DNA of 43,421 nucleotides from a virus. Below are positions 42,096-43,421 of the stretch, one piece after another (the stretch's first letter is position 1; each line of letters opens with the position of its first letter). The position numbers and the translations under genes are program-made. The stretch is from the IMG/VR virus record IMGVR_UViG_3300045988_024923, positions 1 through 43,421 of that record; one strand, 5' to 3'. The notes below the pieces were generated by a model that saw nothing but the letters and a program-made list of their open reading frames with translations, did not search any database and was not told the DNA's origin.

Positions 42096-42102
42096 ATGCG
42101 AA

Positions 42103-42555
42103 ATGAAAAAGTATATTGGCACGAAAATCATTGAGGCGGTCCCCGCTATTCGCAAGGGCTGCAGAGTCTATGAGAAGGACCAACCCATCCCCAAGAGCAT
42201 GACCCCTGATGGGGAGGGCTATAAGATTTACTACCCGGACGGGTACGAGTTCTTTAGCCCGAAGGCGAAGTTCGAGGCTGAATATCGTGAAATAGACTGC
42301 CTAAGTTTTGGCCTTGCCATTGAAGCAGCGAAAAAAGGGAAGAGGATTGCCCGTCGCGGTTGGAATGGCAAGAACCAGTATGTCGAGCTTGCGGAGCGAA
42401 TCAGCTATGAGAATGCTACGCATGAGGTGATCAACGCCAATCACGAAGCTATCGGCAACAAAGCACTTGCTTTTGTCGGCACATCCGGTGTGCAGCTCGG
42501 CTGGCTGGCATCGCAGGCGGATATGCTTGCCGATGACTGGATGATCGTGGAGTAA
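42103..42555 (+). CDS. DUF2829 (Tad2-like) domain protein with an N-terminal extension
   Basis: The C-terminal half FGLAIEAAKKGKRIARRGWNGK ... GWLASQADMLADDWMIVE matches the DUF2829 signature. Confidence 0.7.
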   Translation: MKKYIGTKIIEAVPAIRKGCRVYEKDQPIPKSMTPDGEGYKIYYPDGYEFFSPKAKFEAEYREIDCLSFGLAIEAAKKGKRIARRGWNGKNQYVELAERISYENATHEVINANHEAIGNKALAFVGTSGVQLGWLASQADMLADDWMIVE

Positions 42556-42591
42556 ATCATTACCGGTAGCAAAATGAAAGGGAGTGAGCGC

Positions 42592-43041
42592 ATGGCTGGC
42601 GGAGCGCCAAGGAAATGGAAAAGCGTAAAGGCGATGCAAGAAGCCATTGACGCTTATTTCAAAGAGTGCGAAGGCGAACCGTTTATCGGAGATGACGGCT
42701 GCGCTGTGCGAGATAAGTACGGGGTGCCGATTATCATCAACGCAAAGCCACCGACGGTAACAGGGCTGGCGCTGTCGCTTGGGTTCACAGGAAGACAAGC
42801 ATTGCTGGATTATCAGGCAAGGCCGGAGTTCGCGGACACGGTTACGCGCGCGAAGTCCCGCTGCGAGGAATACGCCGAATCCCGGCTGTACGACAAGGAC
42901 GGTGCCAATGGCGCGAAATTCTCGCTTGGCTGCAATTTCGGCTGGCGGGCCACGGAAGAAAAGGCGGAGACGGCGGCAGGCGGCATTGTGTTGCTGCCTG
43001 CGGTGATGGATACGCCGAAACCTCCGGAGGATGAGACGTGA
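42592..43041 (+). CDS. terS: Terminase small subunit
   Basis: RBS GAAAGGGAG. Motifs PTVTGLALSLGFTGRQALLDY and KFSLGCNFGW. The stop overlaps the terL start. Confidence 0.75.
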   Translation: MAGGAPRKWKSVKAMQEAIDAYFKECEGEPFIGDDGCAVRDKYGVPIIINAKPPTVTGLALSLGFTGRQALLDYQARPEFADTVTRAKSRCEEYAESRLYDKDGANGAKFSLGCNFGWRATEEKAETAAGGIVLLPAVMDTPKPPEDET

Positions 43042-43421
43042 CAGGCCAGACGGTGATCTGGCAGCCGCAGCCGAAACAGTCTGCGTTCATGAGCCGGTTT
43101 GAGGACGAGGCACTGTATGGAGGCGCTGCCGGAGGCGGCAAAAGCGACGCACTGGTGATGGAGGCCCTGCGGCAGGTGGACATTCCATATTACCGTGGGC
43201 TGATCGTACGGCGGACCTATCCACAGCTGGAGGATCTGATCGGTAAGACGCTGCGGATGTATCCAAGTATTTATCCGGGTGCAAAGTACAATGATAGCAA
43301 GCACGTCTGGAAATTCCCTTCGGGCGCCGTGGTGATCTTCGGCTCCCTGCCGCACGTCAAGGACAAGTACAACTACCAGGGCAAGCCGTATGACTTCATC
43401 GGCTTTGACGAGCTGACGCAG
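43038..43421 (+). CDS. terL: Terminase large subunit, N-terminal part (continues at base 120 of the window)
   Basis: GTG in a GTGA overlap with the terS stop. Walker A YGGAAGGGKS. The frame is open to the window end. Confidence 0.9.
   Translation, partial: MTGQTVIWQPQPKQSAFMSRFEDEALYGGAAGGGKSDALVMEALRQVDIPYYRGLIVRRTYPQLEDLIGKTLRMYPSIYPGAKYNDSKHVWKFPSGAVVIFGSLPHVKDKYNYQGKPYDFIGFDELTQ
43303..43421. repeat. Terminal direct repeat (right copy)
   Basis: Identical to 1-119. Confidence 0.95.

Larger units (their letters stand above)
1..43421. mobile_element. Complete circular temperate phage genome (unique length 43,302 bp), podovirus-like gene content
   Basis: Terminal 119-bp identity. terL is in frame across the junction. 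Integrase/attP, switch, replication, packaging, head, tail and lysis modules are all present. No tape measure, tube or sheath ORF was found. Confidence 0.85.

Overview
The window is one complete, circularly closed temperate phage genome. Bases 1-119 are identical to 43303-43421, so the unique length is 43,302 bp, and the large terminase gene reads in frame across the junction. AGGAGG-type ribosome binding sites, about 60% GC, a Prp protease, DUF6273-like fibre heads and a tRNA-3'-end attP point to a high-GC Clostridia host, possibly Oscillospiraceae or Faecalibacterium-like. That host call is inference only.

Gene order:
- Packaging and head: terL, portal, Prp, scaffold, major capsid.
- Fibre and receptor-binding genes.
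- A lysis cassette (holin plus a two-domain endolysin) embedded in the virion module.
- A P22-like set of tail and ejection genes ending in a 2694-aa polyvalent protein.
- A terminator-insulated accessory cassette, then attP and integrase.
- A lysogeny switch with several convergent, overlapping gene pairs.
- Recombination and replication: Rad52-like annealase, NinB-like protein, HNH, SSB, replisome organizer with iterons, frameshifted RusA.
- Counter-defence genes: a C5 methyltransferase, three Lar-like proteins and a DUF2829/Tad2-like protein.
- A 648-nt non-coding region, then terS.

There is no tape measure, tube or sheath gene, so the virion is probably podovirus-like.

Most interesting observations:
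1. The 648-nt non-coding region upstream of the packaging genes holds a degenerate tRNA-like element followed by about 440 nt of helix-rich sequence. It is a candidate large structured RNA, possibly ROOL/GOLLD-like.
2. A compact promoter, small ORF and terminator unit runs antisense into the 3' end of the repressor gene. Its peptide mimics the repressor C-terminal helix.
3. The C5 DNA methyltransferase has motifs I-II at its C-terminus, a circular permutation, and six TL-type target-recognition repeats.
4. Two convergent genes overlap by 138 nt, and each encodes a C-terminal transmembrane tail.
5. An accessory cassette of unknown function sits next to attP.

All functional names come from motif recognition by eye. 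No database search was run.
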